A stretch of 64,000 nt of DNA from Octopus vulgaris. Lineage: Eukaryota. The stretch spans positions 18,724,001 through 18,788,000 of the forward strand of contig OX597817.1 of assembly GCA_951406725.2 (NCBI GenBank), read 5' to 3'. Shown here one piece after another: positions 51,361-64,000 of the stretch. Within the stretch, counting starts at the first letter, position 1, and every line of letters begins with the position of its first letter. The notes below the pieces were generated by a model. The model did no database searches and was not told the origin of the DNA. It saw only the letters and a program-made list of their open reading frames with translations. The position numbers and the translations under genes are program-made.

Positions 51361-51479
51361 GTCCAATGGGTTGAGATCTAGGGAATTAGGAGTCCAAATG
51401 TTAGGGGTTATGTGATCATGAAAATTTTCATCCTTCTATTCTTGTGTTACTAAAGCCATGTGTGATAGTGCAGAGTTTT

Positions 51480-52285
51480 ACTGAAATACATATGGCCTTC
51501 CATTGCATACACTGTCTATCCAGGGCTTAACAAATATTTCCTGGAACTAATTGTAAGGCAGCGTTTACTCTAAGGCTTTGTGTAAAGAGGTAAGGCGGCA
51601 CCACATGTCCTTCATTGCTGACAACACCTAAAACCATGATAGTTGCAGGAAACTTTGTATGCATAATACTTGCAACTTCAGAAGTGTCTGCATATAACCA
51701 GATGTCATTTTTTCTGTTACCTCTTCGATCTTGGTCGAAATTTACCAAATATTCTTCTGTTGGATTTTTTAGTTTATTTAAGAGCCTTTTAGATTTGATG
51801 TAGTGATTTTCTTTTGCTTTTTCGGACAAATTGACCTTTCATCATCATATAAGTCTTATATATGGTGTCTTAGTGGACAACATTCCCGTTCCTTCTGACA
51901 CATAGAGATCTTTTGCTATTGACCTCATGGACTTTCTGAGATTGTAATCAATGATCTGTTGAACTTGCTGGAGAAATCCAGGTTTTCCGATGATTACAGA
52001 GAGTTTAGAATGCCTTTTATTCTTTAAAACTGGTGATACGTTTTCACCTTCAGTCTGTAGCTCCTTACAAACTTTGTGGGCAAAAGATCTGGCAGGTTTT
52101 AAAGCCCGAGATATTTCTAAATCTCTATGCTCAACCTTTATAACCCCAACGGCAGCATGCGTCTTCATTTCTTGAGTAATCTGAGGGTTTACCATTATTA
52201 TTTTCTGAAACAACGATTATACAGAGTTACCAAAATGCAGCAATGACCCCAAAAATGTATGTCTTCATATAGTTTACGCACCCTG
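51480..52285 (-). mobile_element. Tc1/mariner-superfamily (maT/DD37D-like) 5' remnant
   Basis: TA-CAGGGTGCG terminus at 52285; HTKFPATIMVLGVVSNEGHVVPP and RKSMRSIAKDLYVSEGT. Confidence 0.7.
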
Positions 52286-52347
52286 TATATATAATATATA
52301 ATATATAATATAATATAATATAATATAATATAATATAATATAATATA

Positions 52348-52407
<60 letters not shown>

Positions 52408-52918
52408 TAGGCAAGTTAAAGCAAGTAGGAAGTTGGAGTGGAAGAAATACCAAGTATTTAAATATTTCACACCGTAAGAAAGCCATAAACAGGATAAGTA
52501 ATAAATCAGAAGTCATCTGTAATGACTAGACTAATTGGAATACCGCAGACTTGGTGGTGGCATATAATGTAAAACACGGAATTACAATTTTCGATATTTC
52601 TCTCTATACAGAGAAAATAAACAAGTTTGAATTGTAAGGTTTACATTTTTTAAAAACCAATGTTCCTATTTCCTCTCGCTTCAAAAAAGAAATAAAGTGG
52701 TTACGTAGCTTTAGAAGCTTCTGGGCGGAAAACATCGATTAGATATGTTCGAAAATTTTGAAACCATGCTTATACTAATATTTTTCTCTATGGAGAGATA
52801 AATTGATTTACAGCTTTTTAATGTTTGCAGACTAGGAGCAATCTCATTCGGTTAGTCTAACTTGCACAAAAGTACATGTACTAACGAAATGTATTAACCA
52901 ACTGATTCTAATTACTTT

Positions 52919-53301
52919 GGAAGCACTCCGTCGGTTACGACGACGAGGGTTCCGGTTGATCCGAATCAACGGAACAGCCTGCTCGTGAAATTAACGTGTA
53001 AGTGGCTGAGCACTCCACAGACACGTGTACCCTTAACGTAGTTCTCGGGGATATCCAGCGTGACACAGAGAGTGACAAGACCGGCCCTTTGAAATACAGG
53101 TACAACAGAAACAGGAAGTAAGAGTGAGATAAAGTTGGGGTGAAAGAGTACAGCAGGGATCACCACCATCGATGCCGTAGCCTCGTGGAGCTTAAGTTGT
53201 TTTCGCTCAATAAACACTCACAACGCCCGGTCTGGGAATCGAAACCGCGATCCTACGACCGCGAGTCCGCTGCGCTAACCACTAGGCTATTGCGCCTCCA
53301 C
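52919..53301 (-). mobile_element. Full-length tRNA-headed SINE (second family) with a 12-bp TSD
   Basis: A-box TAGCCTAGTGG, B-box GTTTCGATTCC; TSD TCTAATTACTTT at 52907-52918 and 53302-53313. Confidence 0.92.
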
Positions 53302-53389
53302 TCTAATTACTTTATCGAGTACAGGGCACAAGGTAAGTGAATGGAGAGCTATAATCTGCTATTACTTCTGTGGAGTGAAGATAGATTTT

Positions 53390-53740
53390 ACTGCTACATT
53401 TCTTGTGCTCATTTGTGGTCAGTACCCCATTCTGCACTACGCAACACACAGACATTGCACACTTCACATGGATCTCGTTTACAAATGATAATGAAATCAA
53501 CCATGTGGCCACGCTTGTATCTTGGGTGAAACCAAATAACTTTGTGGTTATGCTTTTGATGGAAAATGTGCTGCAGATGATTTACTTTAAATTCTGAACA
53601 CAGTCCAAGCAAGTGGAATACGAAGCTTCATAATGCACTCGATAACACAAGAAAGACATTTAATACGGTTGAGCATGGATGTTCTAATTGCAAATCCAAC
53701 TGCCCTCCTCCCGTTCAGCTTTGGGCCCACCTAACGAAAA
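53390..53740 (-). pseudogene. RTE-clade AP endonuclease fragment
   Basis: KVIWFHPRYKRGHMVDFII..GTDHK in ORF 53409-53612. Confidence 0.75.
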
Positions 53741-54621
53741 ACAAAGGAAAAAACTTAGCGTTACTTCGATTAATTGATCTCTTGCCAAACGTATTTCTAC
53801 CAAGACTGCTATGTCTTCGTTCAATCTTTGAAGTTCTTTTGTCACAAGTGCAGTTCTATGCTTTGGACGTCTAGGTTACTTTCTGTTCAGGGGTTCTAAC
53901 ATACCAACAGCAAATGTTCAGTTTGACTCAACTATTGCGTATGTTTTACGCTTTGAATTATTCTAGTTCCTGCTCGAGTGCACCATCGTTAGCCACACTA
54001 ACCAAACCAGTGTTTGTTTGTATAACAGACAATTTTAGAACTCTTTTTGTACTATTTTCCAAAGAATCTGGGTGAGCAGTGCCTTAAATAAGGCTGCTCA
54101 GAAAGAAGTGTTTCCACAGCTGTGGTCCCTGTCAAACGAAGACACAACAACGAAGTTAAAATATAACTTAAGCCACATTTGAGCAGACTTGTGACTGCGT
54201 GCTTCAAACTGGTCAAATCTGCACACATCATCACTCCTCCATCGCTATAGGTCTTGCGGTATAGCAAAACAGAGGAAGAAAAATATGACAGACATCTGTT
54301 TATGAGTATATCATAGTGGCGAAAGCTTGCACTACACGGGCACCAATTTCTGAGTATCTGCTACTAGAGTTTCGTCGCTTGCCGAGACAAGATGATTAGC
54401 AATTGTTTCAACACAAGGATTTATAGACTTTCCCCTCACCTAATAATATCAATCATATAACAGGGTATTAGCATACTGATCTCTTTGTGTACAGTCCAGG
54501 GAACGTTTCTTTCATTACTCGGACCGTAAATAACTTATTGGTTGAAAGATTGCACCACGCAAAATTAGTCATTCAAGTATTAGTTAACTAGTATCTAGAA
54601 GCGTTAACACCCCAAGCATAA

Positions 54622-54623
<2 letters not shown>

Positions 54624-54705
<82 letters not shown>

Positions 54706-54731
54706 AATCTATCTATCTATCTATCTATCTA

Positions 54732-54766
<35 letters not shown>

Positions 54767-54785
54767 GCCTGCCTGCCTGCCTGCC

Positions 54786-54820
<35 letters not shown>
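54624..54820. repeat. (TCTA)n/(TCTG)n/(CCTG)n microsatellite
   Basis: Directly visible. Confidence 0.95.
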
Positions 54821-54821
<1 letters not shown>

Positions 54822-54938
54822 CATCTATACACATACACACACATACATATATATATACAAATACGCACACATACACGAACACATGCACACAAGTTACAAG
54901 TTATAGAGTTAGATACATACATAAATACTTACATACGT

Positions 54939-54973
<35 letters not shown>

Positions 54974-55026
54974 GTTTAAATAATAAAAAAAAAACGTTTT
55001 TCCAGTAACACACACGCAATTATATA

Positions 55027-55603
55027 CAGTAACCCGCGGATTCAGCCGGGGCGAAGCGCTCGTCGCCGGCTACAGTTTGTGCGCATGTCATTTGAGTTTT
55101 TATCTGGCAAACATTGCAACTTCGAATATATCTACAACTTCTACTACAGTTTATGTTTCATTCTCTTTTTTGTTTATTAATATTCTGAATATATTGACCT
55201 GTGGGTTTATTTTTAACATTAAAATCACCTGATAAGGCGGCGTTCTACTAAGAAGTAATATTTCATTGCTTGTCATACCTTCACATGCTTGCCCTAATGT
55301 TGCTCCGCCCTCATAACGTCTAGAAATATTGATATATCTTAGAGATATACTCTTCAAATACGCTTCAGATGGTATACTCTTTTACACTTTTACTCTTTTA
55401 CCTGTTTCAGTCATTTGACTGCGGCCATGCTGGAGCACCGCCTTTAATCGAGCAACTCGACCCCGGGACTTATTCTTTTGTAAGCTCAGTACTTATTCTA
55501 TCGGTCACTTGTGCCGAACTGCTAAGTAACGGGGACATAAACACACCAGCACCGGTTGTGAAGCAATGCTAGGGGGACAAACACAGACACACAAACACAC
55601 ACA

Positions 55604-55650
<47 letters not shown>

Positions 55651-55836
55651 GACGGACATATATATACGACGGGCTTCTTTCAGTTTCCGTCTACCAAATC
55701 CACTCACAAGGCTTTGGTCGGCCCGAGGCTATAGTAGAAGACACATGCCCAAGGTGCCACGCAGTGGGACTGAACCCGGAACCATGTGGTAGGTAAGCAA
55801 GCTACTTACCACACAGCCACTCCGTTTATATAGAGA
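55027..55836 (-). mobile_element. Probable non-autonomous Helitron with a SINE inserted near its 5' end
   Basis: 5' TCTCTATATAAAC (minus) resembles the 57512 end; GC hairpin CCCGCGG..CCGGG near 55033; the CTAG terminus is imperfect. Confidence 0.45.
55376..55823 (-). mobile_element. tRNA-derived SINE, main family
   Basis: Aligns to the other copies. Confidence 0.9.
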
Positions 55837-56387
55837 TTTGTTGTGAAACAAAGTTTTGTGTGTAGGTGGAGTAGTTTTGGAAAATACACGCGAGCAGCCA
55901 TTCTTTGCTCATAACTTACAGAAAAAATATCTTTCAGAGTCTATAAGTTTCGGTTATTTAGGAATTTAATATGAAAAAGACAAAAAAACAACAAAACAAA
56001 ACAAAAACAAAAGATAAATGGTGGGCAAACACCACACACACACATACCGACACACATCACATATATCTTCAAAATGGAACTTGAAATTTCGAAAAATTAT
56101 GATGTATTTTAGTGTTTATGCATGCATGCTCATCATTTTACTGTTCACACCAAATTCCCATATAATCGTAATTTGCACACTCTGAAAGGTAATTATAGAA
56201 ATTTTCATTTAAAAATACTCGTTTATAGGAAAAAGAAAAACGAATGATTTTTTTTTCTGAATTCTGGAGAAGATACTGTATAAATTTTCATTGAAAATGG
56301 CAATTATTCTGAAAATGAGGAGGCAACAAATCAGAGTGACGCATTTCTGTAGTTATGCCCATTATTTTAACATAATTAGTACTAAGA

Positions 56388-56694
56388 TTCTGTTGTGTCT
56401 GGGGTTGGTCATTTTCTTTTTGTGCCTTATAATTTAACACACTCACCGGTACAATTCCCACTCATTCCTTATTTTTATTTTCCTAAAATTTTCGTTGCGT
56501 CTTGCAACCTATTCAATAGTAAGGCTATTGAAAATGTTCCAAGAGGCAACGAAAGTTTTGACTATTGAACAGGTTGCAAGAAGCAACGAACATTTTAGGA
56601 AAATAAAAATAAGGAATAAGTGAAAATTTTACCGGTGAGGGTGTTAAATTATAAGGCACAAAAAGAAAATGACTCTCCCCAGACACAACAGAAT
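56388..56694. repeat. Fold-back element (~133-bp arms) with three hammerhead-like motifs at its centre
   Basis: Arms ATTCTGTTGTGTCTGGGG.. / ..CCCCAGACACAACAGAAT; motif CTA-TTGAA(T/A/C)A-G-GTTGC-AAGAC-GCAAC-GAAA-ATT-T-TAG. Confidence 0.85.
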
Positions 56695-57076
56695 ATGCTT
56701 CAACACACAAACTCATAAAGAATCTTGCAAACCAAATCCAAAAACGAACTACTAAGATTATGCTGGTATTAAATATCCATATATCTGCTTGATTTACTTC
56801 ACTTTCATTTTGTATGTAACAAAATTTGATTATACAACCTTATGTTGTATATGAACAAACAATAAACTTCTATCGTTCGGTCGGTCTGCATCAAATAGGT
56901 GACAATAATGTGAATGAGATGCATAGTGAATTTTTCACTACGCGTAAACATAGATAAGACAACTGTATTTAAAATGATACTGTGTTTAGTAAGAAATACA
57001 GGAATACCGACAGTATCAAATATACATCAAAGTTTGTGTGTGTGTGTGTGTGTCTGTATATACATACACACATACA

Positions 57077-57130
<54 letters not shown>

Positions 57131-57131
<1 letters not shown>

Positions 57132-57512
57132 TAGCAGTATCGCCCGGCGTTGCTCAGGTTTGTAAGGGAAATAACTATAAAGCATTTTTAGAGAGTTATA
57201 GCCAAAAAATAGCAAAAAAATGGAAAAAAAATGATGGTAAATTTTTTGAGAGTTAAAAAAGGTGGAGTTGCGTCCCCTAGACGGTCTGTGGTTTGGGTTT
57301 CTGATTCTCGACCCCATGTCGAATTTATCGATTTTTTTCAGAACTGGGGGAACTTTTCAAAATTTTCGCTGCGTTAGTTTTGAATTATGACATTGGGCTA
57401 TGTGTGTGTCAAGTTTCATCAGAATCGGTTGAAAGCCGTGGTCAGAGTGAGGGTACGAGAAAACAGACACACAGAAAACGCACAGACAAACTGCCGTTTA
57501 TATATAGAGAGA
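57131..57512 (-). mobile_element. Non-autonomous Helitron
   Basis: Minus strand has 5' TC, a 3' hairpin and CTAG, between A and T. The 3' ~60 bp are shared with 7618-7924. Confidence 0.85.
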
Positions 57513-58486
57513 TATGTATGTATATTTTGGTAGTAATTTTTCATTGCTTTGTAAATACCCGTTTTTTTTCAACATAATTGCATTTAATTTAATAACTCTA
57601 ATTTGCGTTTCCTTCTATTGACGTCCGAGCTTCCTTCATGCTCCATGCCTTACCAGCGCCCTTCCTACATGCATGCCATATAAATACTTTAAAATGTACA
57701 CTATACGAGTATATGATGCAATGATATAAAATCAATGTAAAACATGCTGTCTTAAATATAGCGCGTTCGCACTAATTATGAATGTATGAAAATATATTCG
57801 TGTGTACATATACAGATAGCCATTGACAGTCCTGATTTACTGCGCCCTCCATGTCAAGCAATGTTGCTCAGGTTGCCGGTTCTGTCGCCGACGGCCAGAC
57901 GATGCGAGGGGTTGTACATATTACCAATGTCAGTCAAGAGCGACCTCACATAAGGTTTTAAAATACGACAGATATTAACACACATGAATGCATACATAAC
58001 TTTACACATCAACACCTGTGCATAATCATACATACATATAAATGCATACATTATGTATATATGTATATTTAAACGCATACATTAATAATGTAGTGAACGT
58101 CACAATTTAGAAATATAGATGTGAAAACGAACACATAACACACATACATTTACTTCTTTAATTCAGCACTTTAGCAGTCCAAGGCCACCGACATGAAATG
58201 GTTGTGTATTTTTCCTTGAAGGCAAAACGTTTAAGTTTGTTCTAATTTTTAAGTGGTAACATTATGGCTTTCCAATCATCTCTAACTCTAATTCGCAATG
58301 CATGAAATAAATGACGTTACTCTAGTATATATGCATGCATACACACGCACACTCACATACATACATACATACATACATACATACATACATACATACATAC
58401 ATACACACGTATATATATATATGTATCTATATATATATACATATATGACATATAAAATATATATATAATATGCATTTATATATATG

Positions 58487-58523
<37 letters not shown>

Positions 58524-58576
58524 ACTTATATGCATATAAATATCTATACATACAGATATATATTTGCGTGTGTGTG

Positions 58577-58628
<52 letters not shown>

Positions 58629-59581
58629 CATACACACATATATATACACCCATACATCGTACATACATATGTGCAGGTACACACATACACGCAAATATCT
58701 ATGGGCGTGAGGTGTGCATGTGTGTGTGTCACTGTTTGGGCCTTTGCGTATGTTTTGGTTTAATCATACGCTTTGTTCCTAAAGATATCTTTGAACAATG
58801 CACTAACATCATTCTTGCAGTGAACCTTGAATATCTATTTCTAGCTCCATTAGGTCTCAATCGTTTTACAGATCAAATTATTTTTCTTATTTCGGCATAT
58901 AAGCTTTTCATAATGTGCTTGAATTTTACACTACATAAGCAATAATTTAAAGCTTCAGTGAATAGAAAAGACGCGGTGTTAAACTTTTATGAAAATCTTA
59001 CGATGCACCAAAGTAAGGAAACATTACTTCTAATAATGAGGAATGTGTACCGTGACGAACTCAGTAACGTCGTGAATCTCGCTTCAAGGATAACTAAATA
59101 TATTTTCGAATTTACATAATCTCAGTTTCTCTTTGTCTGGCAACTTCCTTATACTTTCGACATGTTTCTCATTGATGCAACTGATATCTTCATATACGTG
59201 TACATACATACAATCATACATACATACGTACATGCATATATTTATAAGCATAAGTCCTAATTCTGTTTATTTATTTATTTCATCTAGTTTCTATATCCAC
59301 ATTCCGGCGTGTTTATTTTTGTATCTTTCGATCACTATCTCGTCACGAATATTATTTTGATTGTAGAATATAAAATTTTTATTTAATTTTTGCTTGGTCC
59401 CTTATTTTTTACTGGCTATTTTCCTGCGGCTTCTAGAAGCTTACGTCGCCCAAGGGGGTCGATATTATCGTTAACGGCGTGAAATTGCTACGATCCTTTC
59501 GACTATAACTGAAGATTTAGCGACATTCTGTGTAGGTATATTCTGTCTGTTCCGATTGTTTGTACTTTTATATAATTTTCG

Positions 59582-59669
<88 letters not shown>

Positions 59670-59676
59670 AACACAG

Positions 59677-59707
<31 letters not shown>

Positions 59708-59839
59708 CACACGCACTCGCACATATACAGACATGTTTTGTTAGATATATTAATAGATGTTTATAAATATATTCATATGAGTGTGTGTGTGTGGGTGTGG
59801 ATGTTTGTGTGCATGAATGTTTGCTTGTGTCCAGAATGA

Positions 59840-59968
59840 CTCGGGAGAGTCATTCTGTTGTAATGCCTTATAAATTAACACACACGCCGGTTCAATTTCC
59901 ACTCATTTACTTATTTATTTAATTTTTTTAAATGAAATTTTCGTTGCTTCTTGCAACCTATTCAATAA
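59840..59968 (-). repeat. Single-arm relative of the 56388 fold-back
   Basis: GCCTTATAAATTAACACAC..CCGGT..TTTCGTTGCTTCTTGCAACCTATTCAATA. Confidence 0.75.
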
Positions 59969-60095
59969 TTGTTGACTCTGCCCGTTATCGGAACTGCGTT
60001 CTGTCTGTATGACTGTTTTCTTTTATCTATTGTACGTATGTGTATATGTGTATGTTTATACTTATATATGTATGCGTTTGTGCATCTGTATACAC

Positions 60096-60140
<45 letters not shown>

Positions 60141-60192
60141 CATATATATATAAATATATATGTATATATATATATGTATATGTATATATATA

Positions 60193-60226
<34 letters not shown>

Positions 60227-60321
60227 ATTCTATTTATACTTTTTAATCCGAGGGGAGGCAATGTGAGCAGCAACTACAAGAACACTACAAAAACCACAGA
60301 AAGACCACATTGTATTTTAAA

Positions 60322-60382
<61 letters not shown>

Positions 60383-60939
60383 TAAAAATAAAATAATAAT
60401 AATAATAATAATAAAATAATAATAAGAAGAAGAAGAAGAAGAAAAAAAGAGAAAGAACAGCGGACAGATAATCTTAAATACTATGAAATAGTTGATCAAT
60501 GATTTACACACACTACTATGCAACTCCGACGAAAAAACATAAAAGAGTAGACCCATACTCTAAATGCTCAACAATATCAACAAAATCCACAAGATACACC
60601 ATAGAAGGCTGATACCCGACAGAAGAACACAACCTGCGCTACACAAACAACGCACAATAAAAAGCCAATACAAAAGAAGGCTCAGACCAAAAAATAGAAT
60701 GTCCCCCACCCCACAAAGAAAATTCAGCACGCACCACCCCATTAGCACAAAGGTGCAACAAGGATGCAATAGAAATTTCCTTGAAACTTTCGAAAAATAA
60801 TCGTGGTGATGACGATGGTGACGACAGTTACCTTATCTTAGTTTATGAGAGACAGTAGTTTCCGAAGAAACTCTGGTTGTAACAGCGGAAATAAATCTGG
60901 ACCTTTAAGGGAAGGCCTCTCGCTCGGCAGTGGATCAGT

Positions 60940-61440
60940 AAAGATGCAGATTGACCACAGCTGTTATCCTATGACAGTATCAGAAGATAATGGAGCAAGG
61001 AGGAGGAAGTAGGACAGCAAAGAAAATAGGATAGTGATGCAGTGCTACATAGAAAGTGAACTTAAAAGAAGTGTCTACAGAAAATAGATCTTAACACTTT
61101 GGGTAGAGAAGGGAATGTCTAAAGTGACTCATCAGAGATTCGTTGATCATGCTAATGCTATTGGCAAAAGAAAGTGGATGACAGAATTGGAGATAGAAGA
61201 GATCAAATGAGAACTGGAAAAGAAAGACCAGGCAGTAGTAAAGATAAACAACGACTTAAGAGATACAGCTCAAACCAAAGAAGAATCTAAATGAAAAAAT
61301 ATTAATAGCGCTACAAATAAGGAAGGTACATCTGGCGCCCGCAACTTGAGTGATTTAAGTGAGGAAGATCAGAAGATTTTAGATGAGTTGCAGGAAGTAA
61401 TGAGTAGAGAAGTAAGAAAAAGATTGCCAGTATTAAAAGA
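60940..61440 (+). pseudogene. R4/Dong-like non-LTR ORF N-terminal remnant
   Basis: Manual translation KENRIVMQCY..YRK..LWVEKGM..HQRFVDHANAIGKRKWMTELEIEEIK. Confidence 0.6.
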
Positions 61441-61699
61441 GTAATTTCATAAGGATATACCATGGATCTCTCTCCTATTATCTTTGGTAGATTCTCAATT
61501 TCCTTTTGTTTGTTTCTATCAATATCATCAGTGCAATTTGAGAATGCTGGTACCTATGGTTGTCTGTTTGCCAAGAAAAAAAAGAAAATACTAAATCCAG
61601 CACCATCAGTGAAGGTGCGAGTTATCTGCTTCTTCGTTTCCACGATAAGTCACAAATTAAGCAGTTTAGTGACTTAGGTACCTTGAGTTCTATGTTGAA

Positions 61700-62070
61700 A
61701 TTAGTGAATTCTGATTTCTATAAATATTTGAATAGACATGAAATTAAAACTGAAAGTTGTCCAAGTTGGTTTCGAAGTAGTTCTTCATTGTTATAACTTA
61801 TTTTCGATTTTGAAAGAAATATTTATGCCAGCAGGACAACTGATCTGCAAGACGGTACATACGTTTCGTTTCTATCTTAAGAATATCCGGCTTGTTATGT
61901 TTATAGTCGAGAGATGTTTTGATGGGAATGTTCCACCAGTATTCTTCGTTTTGATGTTTGTGTATATATTCAATAATGAGAGTATTCTCTATACTTATTC
62001 TCGGAGAGTCTATGCATTACATATAGTTCTTGTGACGAAGTTGTGTCACGTAAGGAGGTAGTGCCTTAAA
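61700..62070 (-). pseudogene. R4/Dong-like restriction-like endonuclease remnant
   Basis: Manual translation EYWWNIPIKT..HNKPDIL..QISCPAGIN. Confidence 0.6.
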
Positions 62071-62082
62071 ATTTCCAATTGT

Positions 62083-62750
62083 TAAAAGCAAATTCACTGC
62101 AGTCGTGCTGTGAGGAAAATATACTCTCTTATGGTAAAAAGGTGTAAAAACATCATATATCTCCAGTGCTGACGTCTGTCGGATTCGCAGACAGCGATAC
62201 TTCTAGCTTCTTAAATGTTATCACTGGGAAATACTAAGGAGAAGCAACTCTGGACAGATCTAATCAAGCCGTAGGTTTTCAATAAAATCAACAGGAATGA
62301 TTGATTTATGTCAGTAGGCCGCCAAAGTTGTGAAATTCACCGTAATGTCAGTGCCAAGTACTGTTTCGGCATAGGCGAATTTTGGGTTAGTTAAAATATA
62401 TTTCTAACATATTTCAACTGCTAACGACAAATTCACTGCAGTTAGTGTGGAGGAAACATTCGCAAACACTTCTTTCTGCTATTATCGTAATTTTCACTAC
62501 AATAGCAGCCTACTTGTGCAAATCAGTCAATGTAGCAGCCTGTATTTTATTTGAAGCCACGGTTTCATTAAGTCTGTCCAGAATTGTCTTTCTTAGGTAT
62601 TTCCCATTGATAACATCTAAAGAGGTAGAAACACTGATGTCTGAGAATCTGGCAAAGGGCAACACTGTTTTTACACCTCTTTTTGCTCATACGAGAGAGT
62701 TTTTCTCCACAGTTACTACAGCGAATTTGACTTTAGCAGTTGCAAATATA
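62083..62750. repeat. Old, diverged ~210-bp inverted repeat (~62083-62295 / ~62538-62750)
   Basis: Shared blocks CAAATTC.CTG.AGT, GGTGTAAAAACA, ATGTTATCA.TGGGAAATAC, TCTGGACAGA. Confidence 0.65.
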
Positions 62751-62773
62751 TCTTAACTAATCTCTCTCTCTCC

Positions 62774-62858
<85 letters not shown>

Positions 62859-62953
62859 AATCCAAAGATGAAAGCACAAAAAAACACAACAACACGAGGA
62901 CGTGGAACAAATATAGCATTATTGGACGCCCAGGAAAGAAGGAAAGAAGAAGG

Positions 62954-62988
62954 GTTTAAGGTTTCGAGCGGAGCTCTTCGTCGGAAAC
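62954..62988 (-). ncRNA. Minimal hammerhead-like motif (U4C variant) in a ~200-bp element flanked by (TA)n
   Basis: GTTT-CCGACGA-A-GAGC-TCC-GCTC-GAAA-CC-TT-AAAC; similar in layout to the 1016-1049 motif. Confidence 0.55.
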
Positions 62989-63139
62989 ATGTGAGAAGGA
63001 AAGATCCAGAGAAGGGAAGACAGAGGAAAAAAATCGCCAACGGTTCACAAGCGGTCACATTTATATATGTATATATATATATATATGGTCGTTGTTTACT
63101 CTTTATGCAGAGTCCGACCACTACTTGTATTACACCTTA

Positions 63140-63330
63140 GATTCATCATGGCATCTAATGTAGCTTTTTAAACCAGACAATGTATTGAAGAGACAACCAC
63201 ATAGATTTCATATCTGATTTGGACCGCCAATAGCTGCAGTTAGGCTCTGATCTTTTTGTATCTTAAATTGTCTTTTGAGGTCTCCGTTAGATTTGCAAAC
63301 CTTATGGCGTACACTGCATGCAAAGTATTC
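63140..63330 (-). pseudogene. RTE-clade LINE C-terminal zinc-finger remnant
   Basis: Manual translation CKSNGDLKR and LCGCLFNTLSGLKSYIRCH. Confidence 0.45.
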
Positions 63331-63686
63331 ACATAGGTAGAATAATTGGTGGAGGCTGGTATTTTATGAGTCTGAAAGTGAGATTTGAGCCCAGCAAAAG
63401 AAAGGCATAAACATGCTGATATAGCTTACCATGTATATTATGTTTGCGTTCGTGTGCGAACGTATATAACCTTAATTTCATTGCAAATATATATAAACCC
63501 TGACTGTGATGAATTCGAAATCGAAAGAAAATATGAAAAATCTTGGAAGTGCTATCATTTAGGAATACACAAACACATACACACACGCATACACAGAGAC
63601 ACATACACACACGCATACACAGAGACACAAACACAGACACACACACACACACATACATACATACATACATATATACATACATACGT

Positions 63687-63735
<49 letters not shown>

Positions 63736-64000
63736 AACACACTGTATTGGGGTGACCGTCTGTGTGTGCGGCCTGCGAGTATGTTAAACTGTCTATTAAG
63801 GAAGCGTAAATAATGTCTGTACCACCATTATTGCTTTTTATACTATCTATGTTTTCGAGTAATCTATTGTATAGCAAACGTCTATTGTTTCATTAGAGTG
63901 TTTTAAATGATATAGCATTGAAAAAAAACAACACTTTTACCGTACTAGATGTAGCTTATTTTGAGACGTTGGCACAAAATTACATACATTTATCTATATC

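Noticed and set aside
53225-53299. tRNA gene
   Set aside because: It is the tRNA-derived head of a SINE bounded by a TSD.

Overview
This is AT-rich, microsatellite-saturated eukaryotic DNA. I found no supportable host gene. The SINE families and repeat landscape are most consistent with a cephalopod (Octopus-like) genome; this is inferred, not verified. Most short ORFs in the track are translated microsatellites. The real coding content is all from transposons: a Penelope-like element (PLE; RT + GIY-YIG, 685 aa, 22808-24865 minus) with about 970-bp inverted terminal arms, a decayed CR1-group LINE (33940-37210), RTE and R4/Dong LINE fragments, and mariner/Tc1/maT-like remnants. There are also non-autonomous Helitrons, a Merlin-like MITE with internal CCCTAA repeats, and many tRNA-derived SINEs. 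The most interesting signal is a recurring hammerhead-ribozyme (HHR) system. (i) The PLE arms each carry a minimal type-I HHR with a U3-A8 variant core. (ii) A non-coding 566-bp unit with a canonical HHR core is present as a near-identical, greater-than-unit-length tandem plus inverted array (46741-48268), which is retrozyme/circRNA-like. (iii) Several other short fold-back elements carry degenerate or variant HHR motifs, and where polarity can be read they share the same 5'-joined, 3'-outward geometry. All ribozyme calls come from manual motif and pairing inspection. Coordinates of decayed elements are approximate.
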